The notes below the pieces were generated by a model. It was not told the DNA's origin. It made no database searches and saw only the letters and a list, made by a program, of their open reading frames with translations. 64,000 bases of DNA, taken from positions 62,001 to 126,000 of the IMG/VR virus record IMGVR_UViG_3300044568_003163, one strand, 5' to 3'. This document shows, piece after piece, positions 35,836 through 44,913 of the stretch; the first letter of the stretch is position 1; every line of letters begins with the position of its first letter. The position numbers and the translations under genes are program-made.

Positions 35836-36309
35836 TTATTTAGGAGTATCGTATTTTTCGAGAATAGATGTCATCTTTTTTAGTATAGGCTTTTGATTTA
35901 CAGGCACTATAGTTTTCTTAATTTGTACAATAGGTTCAGGTTCTCGAACGCTTCTCAAAACTCGAATAGTATCGTAAGGATTGTCTCTTTCTATTTCGTT
36001 AACTTCGGGTCTTCGTACTAAAGTTCTTTCGACTAGAGTTTGAGGTTTAAGTGAGAGCATACTATCTAAAAGGCGTTTTACTTCTAAAATATCTTTTGTC
36101 TTTTTATTGCTATCATCCATTATTTGATTATTCAATTTTAGTTGATTAGCATAAGTAACCATCATTGAATCATATTGAGTAGATATTGATAAACAATCGT
36201 CAGTTTTAAAATACGAAGTACCTATAGCAGTCATCGAACTAAAGATAACTGCTATGATAAATGCCCATATTCTTTGTTTTGGTGTTAGTGATTTTATAAC
36301 TTCAAACAT
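35836..36309 (-). CDS. N-terminally anchored coiled-coil protein (spanin-like?)
   Basis: One TM plus coiled coil; lysis context. Confidence 0.4.
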   Translation of the reverse strand: MFEVIKSLTPKQRIWAFIIAVIFSSMTAIGTSYFKTDDCLSISTQYDSMMVTYANQLKLNNQIMDDSNKKTKDILEVKRLLDSMLSLKPQTLVERTLVRRPEVNEIERDNPYDTIRVLRSVREPEPIVQIKKTIVPVNQKPILKKMTSILEKYDTPK

Positions 36310-36317
36310 AATTAAAA

Positions 36318-36935
36318 TTATTTGTATGGCGCATATTTAGGTAGGCCCTTAACTCTAACGCAACGTAGAATTTGTTTTCTTTGTTTGCCAGTGGATTCGT
36401 AACTCACATGAACCCAATTTGGATTTATATCATTACCATATTCCCATATAAGCTGGTCAAATTCTAAATTATCTTTAATAAAATCAAAGACCATTTTATT
36501 AGTAATTCCTGTACCTGCAGAATCTTGGTCTAAATCTAAAGCTTCACCAGTACTGTGTTGTGAAGTTAAAGATGCTCCTGGTGTAGCAGCATTTAGGGCT
36601 TTGCTTCTATATCCCGAAGATATTAAAATAGGTTTACCAAAATGTAAACGAATAGGTTCAAAAACCTTTTCGGCTATTAATTTCAAATTAGCCAAATGTT
36701 CAGGAGATGGGGTATTGTCTATTCCAAGGCGTTTTGCTTCACCGGAATTAGTTACTTCGCTAAGCGAAAGGTGTGCACTTAATTTCATAGGATATATTAT
36801 TTTTCTGTCTTCTAATTCTTCCGTTATGATTCGATTCATCATAATTTGAGCATCATCAGGTTTAACACCGGCACGAATTAACATCGATAGTATCTTCATG
36901 CCAAATTCCATTTGGTCATCTGATAATCTTGACAT
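36318..36935 (-). CDS. peptidase M15A (Zn D-Ala-D-Ala type)
   Basis: SSGYRS, SQH..GEALD, WVHVS. Confidence 0.9.
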   Translation of the reverse strand: MSRLSDDQMEFGMKILSMLIRAGVKPDDAQIMMNRIITEELEDRKIIYPMKLSAHLSLSEVTNSGEAKRLGIDNTPSPEHLANLKLIAEKVFEPIRLHFGKPILISSGYRSKALNAATPGASLTSQHSTGEALDLDQDSAGTGITNKMVFDFIKDNLEFDQLIWEYGNDINPNWVHVSYESTGKQRKQILRCVRVKGLPKYAPYK

Positions 36936-36941
36936 CGCTAT

Positions 36942-37517
36942 TTAGCTATTTTTATTCTCGGATGCATATTTTACACCCATAATCGTACCTACGATAGAGA
37001 ATGCGTTTGTGAGTAGAATACCAAACATATTAGACCAAGTCGAACCTATGATTTGAGTGTCTTTACCAGTAAACATTGCAACACTGTACATAATCGTTGT
37101 TATTATTCCAACGCTCATAATTACAACTAAAGCTACTTTGACGATTGTTCCAATTAATTCAGTTTGTGATTTTTTCTGAATAATATCTAAGTCGTTTAAA
37201 GCTGCGTCTTTTGCTACTAATGCCTCAGTTTTAGAATTCTCTGCTTCTTGAAGAGCAATCTTAAGGTCTTCGTTTATACGTATGTTTTCTTCCTCGGATG
37301 CTAATAATTCTCGATTTCTTTCTTGTACTTGTTTAGTAACTTCTAATCGTTTCCTTCTAGCATCTTTGTCCTTTTCTAAAGCCGTTGAAAGATAATCTGA
37401 AAATTCTTTATCACCTTCTTCGGGCTCTATAACTTTAAGTAAGTTACCTTCAATAGCAACTCGTTTAGTCTTTTGAATTTCAAGTAAAAAATCTCGGATT
37501 ACTTTATTTACTTTCAT
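36942..37517 (-). CDS. coiled-coil plus 2-TM membrane protein
   Basis: Two C-terminal TMs; translationally coupled to the receiver gene. Confidence 0.65.
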   Translation of the reverse strand: MKVNKVIRDFLLEIQKTKRVAIEGNLLKVIEPEEGDKEFSDYLSTALEKDKDARRKRLEVTKQVQERNRELLASEEENIRINEDLKIALQEAENSKTEALVAKDAALNDLDIIQKKSQTELIGTIVKVALVVIMSVGIITTIMYSVAMFTGKDTQIIGSTWSNMFGILLTNAFSIVGTIMGVKYASENKNS

Positions 37518-37948
37518 TATTTATAAACTTTGAACGGCGCAGTTCTATTTTTATAACCTTCAAAATCTTTTTTAAATTCCTCTAGTCTAGGTTCGATGTC
37601 GTCAGATTTGATTATCCAGAATTGAGCTCCAGATTTAACGGCTTTTGCTTGTTCTTCTGGCTCATTAGATGATGAGATGATTCCAATAACCACGTTATTA
37701 CCATACTCAAAGTTTATCTTACGAATAAGCTCGATACCATCATACGAAGAACCTATGATATTAAGATCTACGAAAACACATTCAGGTTTTCCTTCAGGAT
37801 CTTTTTGCCAACCTGAAAATAGTTTAGCAGCTTCGTCTGAGCTATCTATAGACTCAAGAGAAAGTGAAATATCTAAAAGACTGCAAGCGTCTTCGAAAAC
37901 TAAGTGAAAAAGACTTTCGTCATCTACTAGTAAAATTGAATCAATCAT
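37517..37948 (-). CDS. stand-alone response regulator receiver
   Basis: LLVDD, FVDLN (phospho-Asp), ISSS, conserved Lys. Confidence 0.9.
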   Translation of the reverse strand: MIDSILLVDDESLFHLVFEDACSLLDISLSLESIDSSDEAAKLFSGWQKDPEGKPECVFVDLNIIGSSYDGIELIRKINFEYGNNVVIGIISSSNEPEEQAKAVKSGAQFWIIKSDDIEPRLEEFKKDFEGYKNRTAPFKVYK

Positions 37949-37960
37949 TTTTGTTTTATG

Positions 37961-39886
37961 TTATTTTAATTTGATTTTCATTTGTGTGCCTATCTCTGGC
38001 AGTTTATTACATTTAATGGTAAAGCCATGTTCACTTAAAATTGCAATACATATATTAAGGCCTAATCCGGTTCCTGATTCTGCTTGTCCTTCTTTCCTTA
38101 CATACGGTTTAGATAGATAATCGAAATCTGCTTGACTTAATCCTCTACCGTTATCTTCAATAAAGAGAGTATCTTCAACTCGATAAATTTTAACAAATTT
38201 ACTATTACTGTCATTGTATTTCAATCCATTACGAATAAGATTATCAATTGATGTACAAAATAAGGCTTCATTAACATCCAATTCTCCTAAGTCTTCTAAA
38301 ATTACTTGAGGTCGATATGCAGTTGCAGAAAGATAATCCTCTAATATAAGCTTAAGATTGCAATTAACTCGATCAAGTACAACATCCTTCTTTACCAAAT
38401 TTGTAAATTCATAAACTCCTTTATAAACTTTTTGAGTGTGTCGCAGACCTTCTTTAATCATCTTAAGAGGTGCTTCAATCTTCAACTCTTTTATTTGTTC
38501 TTCCGTGAGTCTACGTTCTAACGAAGATAAACCTCGAGGCATATATGTGTTAATTCCACTATGCATATCATGTCGAAGAATTTTAGCAGCATGTTCAAGA
38601 TAAGTGTTTTTCTTTTCAATCTCTATCTGCTGATTATAGCTTTGAGTAACATCAGTAGCAATTTTCATTATTCGATAAGGTTTACCATCAATACCAATAA
38701 CCGGATTATAAGTTGCTTGTAGATAAATTAAATTTCCATCTTTTTTCTTTCTGATAATTTCTCCACTAAAGAATTTTCCTGTTCGTAGAGTTTCCCAAAA
38801 TTTTTGATATTCATTTGATTCGACAAATTCATCCTCTACGAATATGCTATGATGTTTACCTACGATTTCTTCGAATTTATCGTATCCCATAGTATTTAAG
38901 AAAAGTGAATTAGCAAATATTATATTACCTCCTAAGTCGAATTCAATAACCGCATTAGATTGATTAATTGCAGTCATTCTATTATGTATTTCGTTCTCTT
39001 TGTTTTTTAATTGAGTAACATCTTGTCGGATAGACATAAATCCTAATATGGTTCCGTCATCGTCGAAATTGCACTTTATAAAAGTATCTACATAATACAA
39101 TGAGCCATTTTTTGCTCGGTTTGTACAGATAGCATTCCAAATTTTCTTTTCTTTGACTACTGTCCTATACATATCAGACCAAAATTCCTTAGGATGTTCA
39201 CCTGAATTTACAACATTATGGTCAAGGCCTATCACTTCATCTATCGTATATCCAGAAATATCACAAAACTTTTGATTTACATATGTTATCTTTCCTTTAG
39301 AATCAGCCATTGAAATGATTGCTGATGTATCGAGAAATTTTTCTAGTTCTATCATTTGACTCGATAACTTTTTAGATTCTTTAACAGAATAAGCAAATGA
39401 ATACAGAGACGAAAGTATTTGAGCAAAATGAATTTCCTCAGTTTTCCATATTCTAGGGGATAGACTTTCAATACAAATAACCCCAATCAACGATCCACTA
39501 TACCAAATTGGTACATCTAACATCGATTTAACACCCAGAGGTTTTAGATAACCTTCAAGAAAACACGATGTGGCAGGATGATTTTCTGCATCATTAGCAA
39601 CAATGATTGGATTTTCTTCCAGTGATAAAAAATATGATTCGAAATCTTTTTTATGTAAAATAATATCTTGATAAAAGGCATCTTCTAATTTTATATAAAG
39701 TTGTTGAAGGATGATAGAATCTCGGTCCTCGTTAAACAACCATATAGATGTTCGATCAGCTGAAACACTATCTACAACTTCCTTAACCACCAATTTAGCT
39801 CCTTCCATAATATTACCTTTATAAAATAATTCATTTGAAGATTGATGTACTAATACCTCAGTTAAAATTTCTGAGTATGATTTCAT
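37961..39886 (-). CDS. cytoplasmic GAF-PAS-PAS sensor histidine kinase
   Basis: GAF (SMLDVPI), two PAS/PAC, H-box RHDM, NLIRNGLKY, EDNGRG, GTGLGL. Confidence 0.9.
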   Translation of the reverse strand: MKSYSEILTEVLVHQSSNELFYKGNIMEGAKLVVKEVVDSVSADRTSIWLFNEDRDSIILQQLYIKLEDAFYQDIILHKKDFESYFLSLEENPIIVANDAENHPATSCFLEGYLKPLGVKSMLDVPIWYSGSLIGVICIESLSPRIWKTEEIHFAQILSSLYSFAYSVKESKKLSSQMIELEKFLDTSAIISMADSKGKITYVNQKFCDISGYTIDEVIGLDHNVVNSGEHPKEFWSDMYRTVVKEKKIWNAICTNRAKNGSLYYVDTFIKCNFDDDGTILGFMSIRQDVTQLKNKENEIHNRMTAINQSNAVIEFDLGGNIIFANSLFLNTMGYDKFEEIVGKHHSIFVEDEFVESNEYQKFWETLRTGKFFSGEIIRKKKDGNLIYLQATYNPVIGIDGKPYRIMKIATDVTQSYNQQIEIEKKNTYLEHAAKILRHDMHSGINTYMPRGLSSLERRLTEEQIKELKIEAPLKMIKEGLRHTQKVYKGVYEFTNLVKKDVVLDRVNCNLKLILEDYLSATAYRPQVILEDLGELDVNEALFCTSIDNLIRNGLKYNDSNSKFVKIYRVEDTLFIEDNGRGLSQADFDYLSKPYVRKEGQAESGTGLGLNICIAILSEHGFTIKCNKLPEIGTQMKIKLK

Positions 39887-39898
39887 ATTTTGATATTT

Positions 39899-40711
39899 TT
39901 ATTTTAGTAGGGAGTAATATTCCTTGAAATGTTTTAGCCTATCAGCTAATCCTATGGTACCACCGTTTACTCTTTTAGTTACTGCAGTAACTGTTGCATC
40001 GTCCGCTCCTTTGTCGCATATGGACCATAGTTTATTTGAATCAAAAAAGAATGCTGCAGAAGCTAATGGATATTTAGTCGCAACTAAATCTGGAGTAGCA
40101 ATACAATCTTCACCGATAAATTTAGTAAAGTTAGTGTAGTTAGATTTTCCTGTTAATTGAATGAAACCTCTTCCTCTGAATTTGAATCCTTCACGAGAAG
40201 CCTCATCACCATTACCCATTCTAGATGCATAAACTCTAGAAGCAATTTTCTCTGGTTGTCTTGCATATAAATCAGACATATTTCCAGGAAAGTACTTTCC
40301 AAATATTTTCTTCAAACCATCTGCCGAGTAATTTACATTTTCAGTAACTGCCTTAAATCCACCTGACTCATGGCCACATTGAGCTAAGAAATGAGCTAAT
40401 CTTAATGGAGTAGTGATGTTGAATTTTTTGGCAGTATCAGGAATTTGAGCAATAACTGAATCTGGTACGTGACCTTTTAATTTGTCTAATTTAAAAGGAG
40501 ATGTAGGAATTGGTGTAGACGATGTAGTAATTGCTTGGATTTTACTCCAAGTAGCATCACCAACAAATCCATCTGCAGTTAATCCATTCTTAGATTGAAA
40601 GTCTTTAACCGCCTTTTCTGTGCCTGGACCGAAGTCACCATCAGCACTCAAACCCAAAGCTTTTTGTAAAGCTATTACGTCTGGACTAGTAGAACCTATT
40701 TTAAGTAGCAT
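39899..40711 (-). CDS. endolysin: PG-binding domain + GH19
   Basis: DGDFGPGT..AV..FQ; FLAQCGHESGG, RGRGFIQLTG, VNGG..G..DR. Confidence 0.9.
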   Translation of the reverse strand: MLLKIGSTSPDVIALQKALGLSADGDFGPGTEKAVKDFQSKNGLTADGFVGDATWSKIQAITTSSTPIPTSPFKLDKLKGHVPDSVIAQIPDTAKKFNITTPLRLAHFLAQCGHESGGFKAVTENVNYSADGLKKIFGKYFPGNMSDLYARQPEKIASRVYASRMGNGDEASREGFKFRGRGFIQLTGKSNYTNFTKFIGEDCIATPDLVATKYPLASAAFFFDSNKLWSICDKGADDATVTAVTKRVNGGTIGLADRLKHFKEYYSLLK

Positions 40712-40896
40712 AGATAAATTTATTTTAAATATCTATCTCTTATAGGCAATAAAATCTATTTATACATTAGATTAAATGTCTTTGGTTGGGTCCTTGGCTC
40801 GGCTGGGCTTTGCCTCGGAATAAACTTCTTCAATTTCCTCGAATCCAAGTAATCGTTATATGCATCTTGGATACGGAGAGTTTCGAAATTGAAAAT

Positions 40897-41244
40897 TTAT
40901 TTTAGAAAAATTTGTATTGCCAGAATGACAAACGAAAGAAAAACGCAAAGACCATTTTTGAAGTCTAGGCCTTGTTTGAGGATGAGGAGAGTAAGAATAA
41001 AGAAGATGATTGTTCCAGTGATTGTAGGAATAATTCTCGAAGGCCATATCTGCGAATCAAATCCTTCGTATAAATGACCTACTCCTAGAATGAATAAGTA
41101 AGAAACCGTAGTTCCAAAAACTATTGATATGAGAAGACGATAATCGTTGACTTCAGGCCAGATGAATTGTGAATTAGTTTGAAACCAAATTAAGACTTGG
41201 CCTATTGCACAATATAAAATTCCTATAAGGATATGTTTATTCAT
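40897..41244 (-). CDS. 4-TM small membrane protein (SMR/EamA-like)
   Basis: Four hydrophobic helices in 115 aa. Confidence 0.55.
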   Translation of the reverse strand: MNKHILIGILYCAIGQVLIWFQTNSQFIWPEVNDYRLLISIVFGTTVSYLFILGVGHLYEGFDSQIWPSRIIPTITGTIIFFILTLLILKQGLDFKNGLCVFLSFVILAIQIFLK

Positions 41245-41359
41245 CGTTTTCTAAAAGTTTCAATTATAGAGACGATTTCTCCCAATACCACGATTATAAA
41301 TATTGCTATGCAAATAGATACTCCTTGATGATTTTCTATTGAGGTTAATATTTCTTCCA

Positions 41360-41584
41360 TTATTCAGGATTTATGATTTCTACTATTTTCCATCTATCAG
41401 TTTTCTGACAGATTACAATTTGTTTTTGTGCTAAAATTTTACCTAACCAAATTGATTTTTCTTCGTTAGCTAGATAAGTCTTAACTTCTTCTAGAGTTTT
41501 GAATGTCTTATGGGTTTTTAATAACACGGTAAGACCTGAACTATAAGAATCATAAGCGTATAATTTGAATTTAGTTTCTTCCAT
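41360..41584 (-). CDS. hypothetical protein
   Basis: ORF track. Confidence 0.55.
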   Translation of the reverse strand: MEETKFKLYAYDSYSSGLTVLLKTHKTFKTLEEVKTYLANEEKSIWLGKILAQKQIVICQKTDRWKIVEIINPE

Positions 41585-42285
41585 TACAATTGTTGAGCTT
41601 TACGTTTGATTTCATCTTTTGTTGCTTCTAATTTCTTCAACGATTTTTTGATTTTTTCTAATGCAAAATCATTTGAAATTTCTTTCATCCAAAGTTTATG
41701 AGTTTCTTTGGCCTCTTTCGTGGATTCTTCTAGGAATGAATAAACATTAAGACCCCAATGAGGCGTGAACTTAACGAATTCCATTTTAAACATTGCCGTT
41801 TTGTAAAGACCAAATCTATTTGCATAACGAGGATTTCTTCGAGAATTATAATTTTTATATCGTTGTATTATGATTGATGGTGATTTATTTTCGTAATTTT
41901 CGAGTTCATTTACATATCGTTCTATGAGCTCGTGGGCTAATGAAAAATCTACATACACATCTTTTATTTGTGCATAGATAGGAGATTGTTTATCTTCTGG
42001 TGCTATATAACCAAGCAACATATTAGGTCCACCATCCCAACCATTGTTAGGCTCGAAATTAGAAGAGTATTTATTAAGAATGGTTCGGTCACCCTTTTTG
42101 ATGTGACATTCCTCATTTTCCATTTCTTTACCAACACTAATAATAAATTCTTTAAGCGTACTTTCGTAGAAATTTACATTTTCTTTATGAAGACGATATC
42201 TTTCAGTTTCAATTTCTTGAGCTTTCTTAATTGCCTCAAGTTTTTTGATTCGTCGTTTATCTCGGATGAATTGAAATATACCCAT
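41584..42285 (-). CDS. hypothetical protein
   Basis: ORF track. Confidence 0.6.
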   Translation of the reverse strand: MGIFQFIRDKRRIKKLEAIKKAQEIETERYRLHKENVNFYESTLKEFIISVGKEMENEECHIKKGDRTILNKYSSNFEPNNGWDGGPNMLLGYIAPEDKQSPIYAQIKDVYVDFSLAHELIERYVNELENYENKSPSIIIQRYKNYNSRRNPRYANRFGLYKTAMFKMEFVKFTPHWGLNVYSFLEESTKEAKETHKLWMKEISNDFALEKIKKSLKKLEATKDEIKRKAQQL

Positions 42286-42578
42286 TATTTTAAAGATTTA
42301 ACTTGTGATTCGATTTCGTTGTACATTGCTTCAACTAATTTGTTTGAACGTTTGTCGTAGTGAATACAAGTAGATGCATGAATTACTGTGGCATGATTAT
42401 CTCTTCCGTGTTGTTTAGCAATGGCAAGTAAATTAAGGCCGGTATTAAATCTTGAAAAGTACATTGACAAATGTCGTGCTTGAACTACGTTAGCTTTCCT
42501 TGAAGGAGAATTGATTTGACTGATTGAGATTCCAGTTACTTGCGAAACGATAGTTTGAATTTGTGGTACTGTTGACAT
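42285..42578 (-). CDS. stand-alone DnaA C-terminal (domain IV) DNA-binding protein
   Basis: SR...V.ARH.SMY..R and RDNHATVIHA match the DnaA signature RDHTTV.HA. Confidence 0.85.
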   Translation of the reverse strand: MSTVPQIQTIVSQVTGISISQINSPSRKANVVQARHLSMYFSRFNTGLNLLAIAKQHGRDNHATVIHASTCIHYDKRSNKLVEAMYNEIESQVKSLK

Positions 42579-42655
42579 AATGTATTTGTTTAAGAATTAT
42601 AAGTAAAACTAATCATTTTTTGCGACATAAAGAAATAAAAACTGTTAAATTAATG

Positions 42656-43030
42656 TTAAAGTTTTTCATAATGATGTTGAGCCCAATATGCAGGACCTCC
42701 ATAATAAGTACAGATTTCTTCACCAATTTCTATATCTCGAATAGCAAAAAAGGTTACGGCTTTATGGTCTCTAGGAAATTTCCAAGATGCATTATTTTTA
42801 TCTGCATGATTGTAGATGCAACCATATCCGAAAGGAATAATGTACTCAAAATCTCGACCGTTCGTAGGTAATATGAACCGATAATCTAAGAGCAAATCAC
42901 CATCCTTAGGAATAATCACATAATGGCATTCCTCAATAATTTCATCTTTAAGGATTTTTTCAGTAGCGAATACACCTAATCCTTTACCTTCGGTATGGTC
43001 GATTTTTATTTTTGTAGGAACTTTAAACAT
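42656..43030 (-). CDS. SET-domain methyltransferase
   Basis: KGLGVFA, YNH...N, RDI..GEEI..YYG. Confidence 0.9.
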   Translation of the reverse strand: MFKVPTKIKIDHTEGKGLGVFATEKILKDEIIEECHYVIIPKDGDLLLDYRFILPTNGRDFEYIIPFGYGCIYNHADKNNASWKFPRDHKAVTFFAIRDIEIGEEICTYYGGPAYWAQHHYEKL

Positions 43031-43198
43031 GTCTTAATTTTATTTGATATTTGTAGGCGAACGTAACGGTTTGACCACGTTCTAAGGCCTTAATAAAATT
43101 TGAATATCTCCATGGTAAAAAAATCATATTGAAATAAACAAAGCAATATTCTAAATTACTTAGTTCTTTATATTTACGGCAACATACACATCTACTCA

Positions 43199-43498
43199 TT
43201 ATATCATCGATTTAATTTGTTCTAAAGCATTTTCTCCTTTAATAGCCGCAATACCATCTCGGATAAATATTGCTCGGTCATAATATTCTCTTTCGGCAAA
43301 CCAAGTTTCCATGTTTTTTAGGATTCTTAATTTTTTTTCTTCGGAGAATTCTACTTGTTTGTTCCAATTTTCTACTCCTGCTTTATATACAATATCATAA
43401 GCAGCAATAACAGAAAGTTCCATGTCAATTTCAAATTGTTCTTTTGCTTTAACAATGTCTAGTGGATCTAGTTCGTCGTTCATAAAATCGTTTTCCAT
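43199..43498 (-). CDS. hypothetical protein with UVR-like tail
   Basis: EYYDRA..IRD. Confidence 0.5.
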   Translation of the reverse strand: MENDFMNDELDPLDIVKAKEQFEIDMELSVIAAYDIVYKAGVENWNKQVEFSEEKKLRILKNMETWFAEREYYDRAIFIRDGIAAIKGENALEQIKSMI

Positions 43499-43500
43499 AA

Positions 43501-43737
43501 TTATATTTTAGTTTGATTATCTACTAATTGAGCTTTAAAGATTGCTCTTACCATATAGATGGCAGAGAATAAAAATGCAAAGAAACATGCAGATTCGATA
43601 GGATTAAGATATGCAAGATATAAAATTCCAATTGCAAAAATTACAGCTTTTGAAAATGCAAGTCCGCATATGATTGAAATGGATAATATAGCTATCCATG
43701 ATAGAGAATTAATCCAATTCGATATTTTGATTTTCAT
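43501..43737 (-). CDS. membrane protein
   Basis: Hydrophobic; follows a promoter cassette. Confidence 0.55.
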   Translation of the reverse strand: MKIKISNWINSLSWIAILSISIICGLAFSKAVIFAIGILYLAYLNPIESACFFAFLFSAIYMVRAIFKAQLVDNQTKI

Positions 43738-43759
43738 AATTTGAAGTTTTAATTATAGT

Positions 43760-43816
43760 GTAAATATAACAAAAAAACTCGATACTAAAAAATATCGAGT
43801 CGAAAGTTATTAACAA
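43760..43816 (-). promoter_or_regulatory. class I promoter cassette with embedded hairpin
   Basis: Box at 43806; offset 45. Confidence 0.75.
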
Positions 43817-44889
43817 TTGTACTTAAAGAATTCTGAGAACTTTTCTTTATAGAATTCGATATCCTTAGATAATTTGACATAATCCGAACATTTGTAAATT
43901 TCCTTGATTGCTGATTCATAATCGATAGTTTCTATCAAAGATTTAATTCCATCCATACTCACTACATATTTATCGAACAATTTCGATAATTCCGGATAGT
44001 GTTGAAGTCCTATCTTATATTGAGTTTCTTCATGAATTAAAGGTATCGTTTTCATTGCCAATGCCTCGTAAAAACGAACTGAACTAAAATGATTTTTATC
44101 GTATGATGGAACGATTAAAGTAAACTTAGACTTACATAAGAATTCGTTATAAATTCTATTGTTTACCATGTTGTCTCGCTTTTTAAATTTGTCTTTTACA
44201 AAAACGTTAAATCCTTTGATTGATTGTAGTTCAATAAGCGAATCTGATAAATGAGCTCTATCTTTACTTAATACCGTACAACCAAAGGTAAAATCTTCGG
44301 TCTTTCTTTCAATCGGTAAGTCCTTCTTAAAAATAAATCCATATTCCACGTATGGAAGATATTTTAAGTTAGTTTCTGGCGAATCATAAAAGTAAAAACG
44401 ATTTTTTATTGCATCATATTCATGAGGATCCGATACTATATGCAAAGCCTCAATTCCTTTAATTTCGGTAATGTAATAGTTTGTTAGTATTCCTCTAGTC
44501 GAATGAAAGACAATATTAAATTTGTTTAAGTACTCATCGTCTTCTAAAGAATTTTTGTAATGTAATTCTGATTTTGTATCTCCACCTAATCGATGGTCAC
44601 CCATTATATTTAAGTAAAAAACTAAATATCTATCGATTGAATATTTTTCAATAATAGAATCTATAGAAGCCCAATAGGCTTTCCATGATTTACCCTTTTC
44701 GGTTTTAACAATTGTAATATTTTTAACGTTTGCCACATTAGGAAAACTACGTAAAAATGTACTATCGCTATATCGATTAATAATGTAGTAGTGATTAACT
44801 TCGTCAAGCTCAATAAATTTAATATATGAGTTGAATTTGTTTGCCTCAAATCGAGACAGTGCTTTATCAAAGTTTAGTAATATGTTCAT
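43810..44889 (-). CDS. putative GT-B glycosyltransferase
   Basis: SKFTL.V...S.RFYEALA...PL C-terminal motif. Confidence 0.6.
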   Translation of the reverse strand: MNILLNFDKALSRFEANKFNSYIKFIELDEVNHYYIINRYSDSTFLRSFPNVANVKNITIVKTEKGKSWKAYWASIDSIIEKYSIDRYLVFYLNIMGDHRLGGDTKSELHYKNSLEDDEYLNKFNIVFHSTRGILTNYYITEIKGIEALHIVSDPHEYDAIKNRFYFYDSPETNLKYLPYVEYGFIFKKDLPIERKTEDFTFGCTVLSKDRAHLSDSLIELQSIKGFNVFVKDKFKKRDNMVNNRIYNEFLCKSKFTLIVPSYDKNHFSSVRFYEALAMKTIPLIHEETQYKIGLQHYPELSKLFDKYVVSMDGIKSLIETIDYESAIKEIYKCSDYVKLSKDIEFYKEKFSEFFKYNC

Positions 44890-44913
44890 TTACTCTTCTT
44901 TTTTGTTTATATG

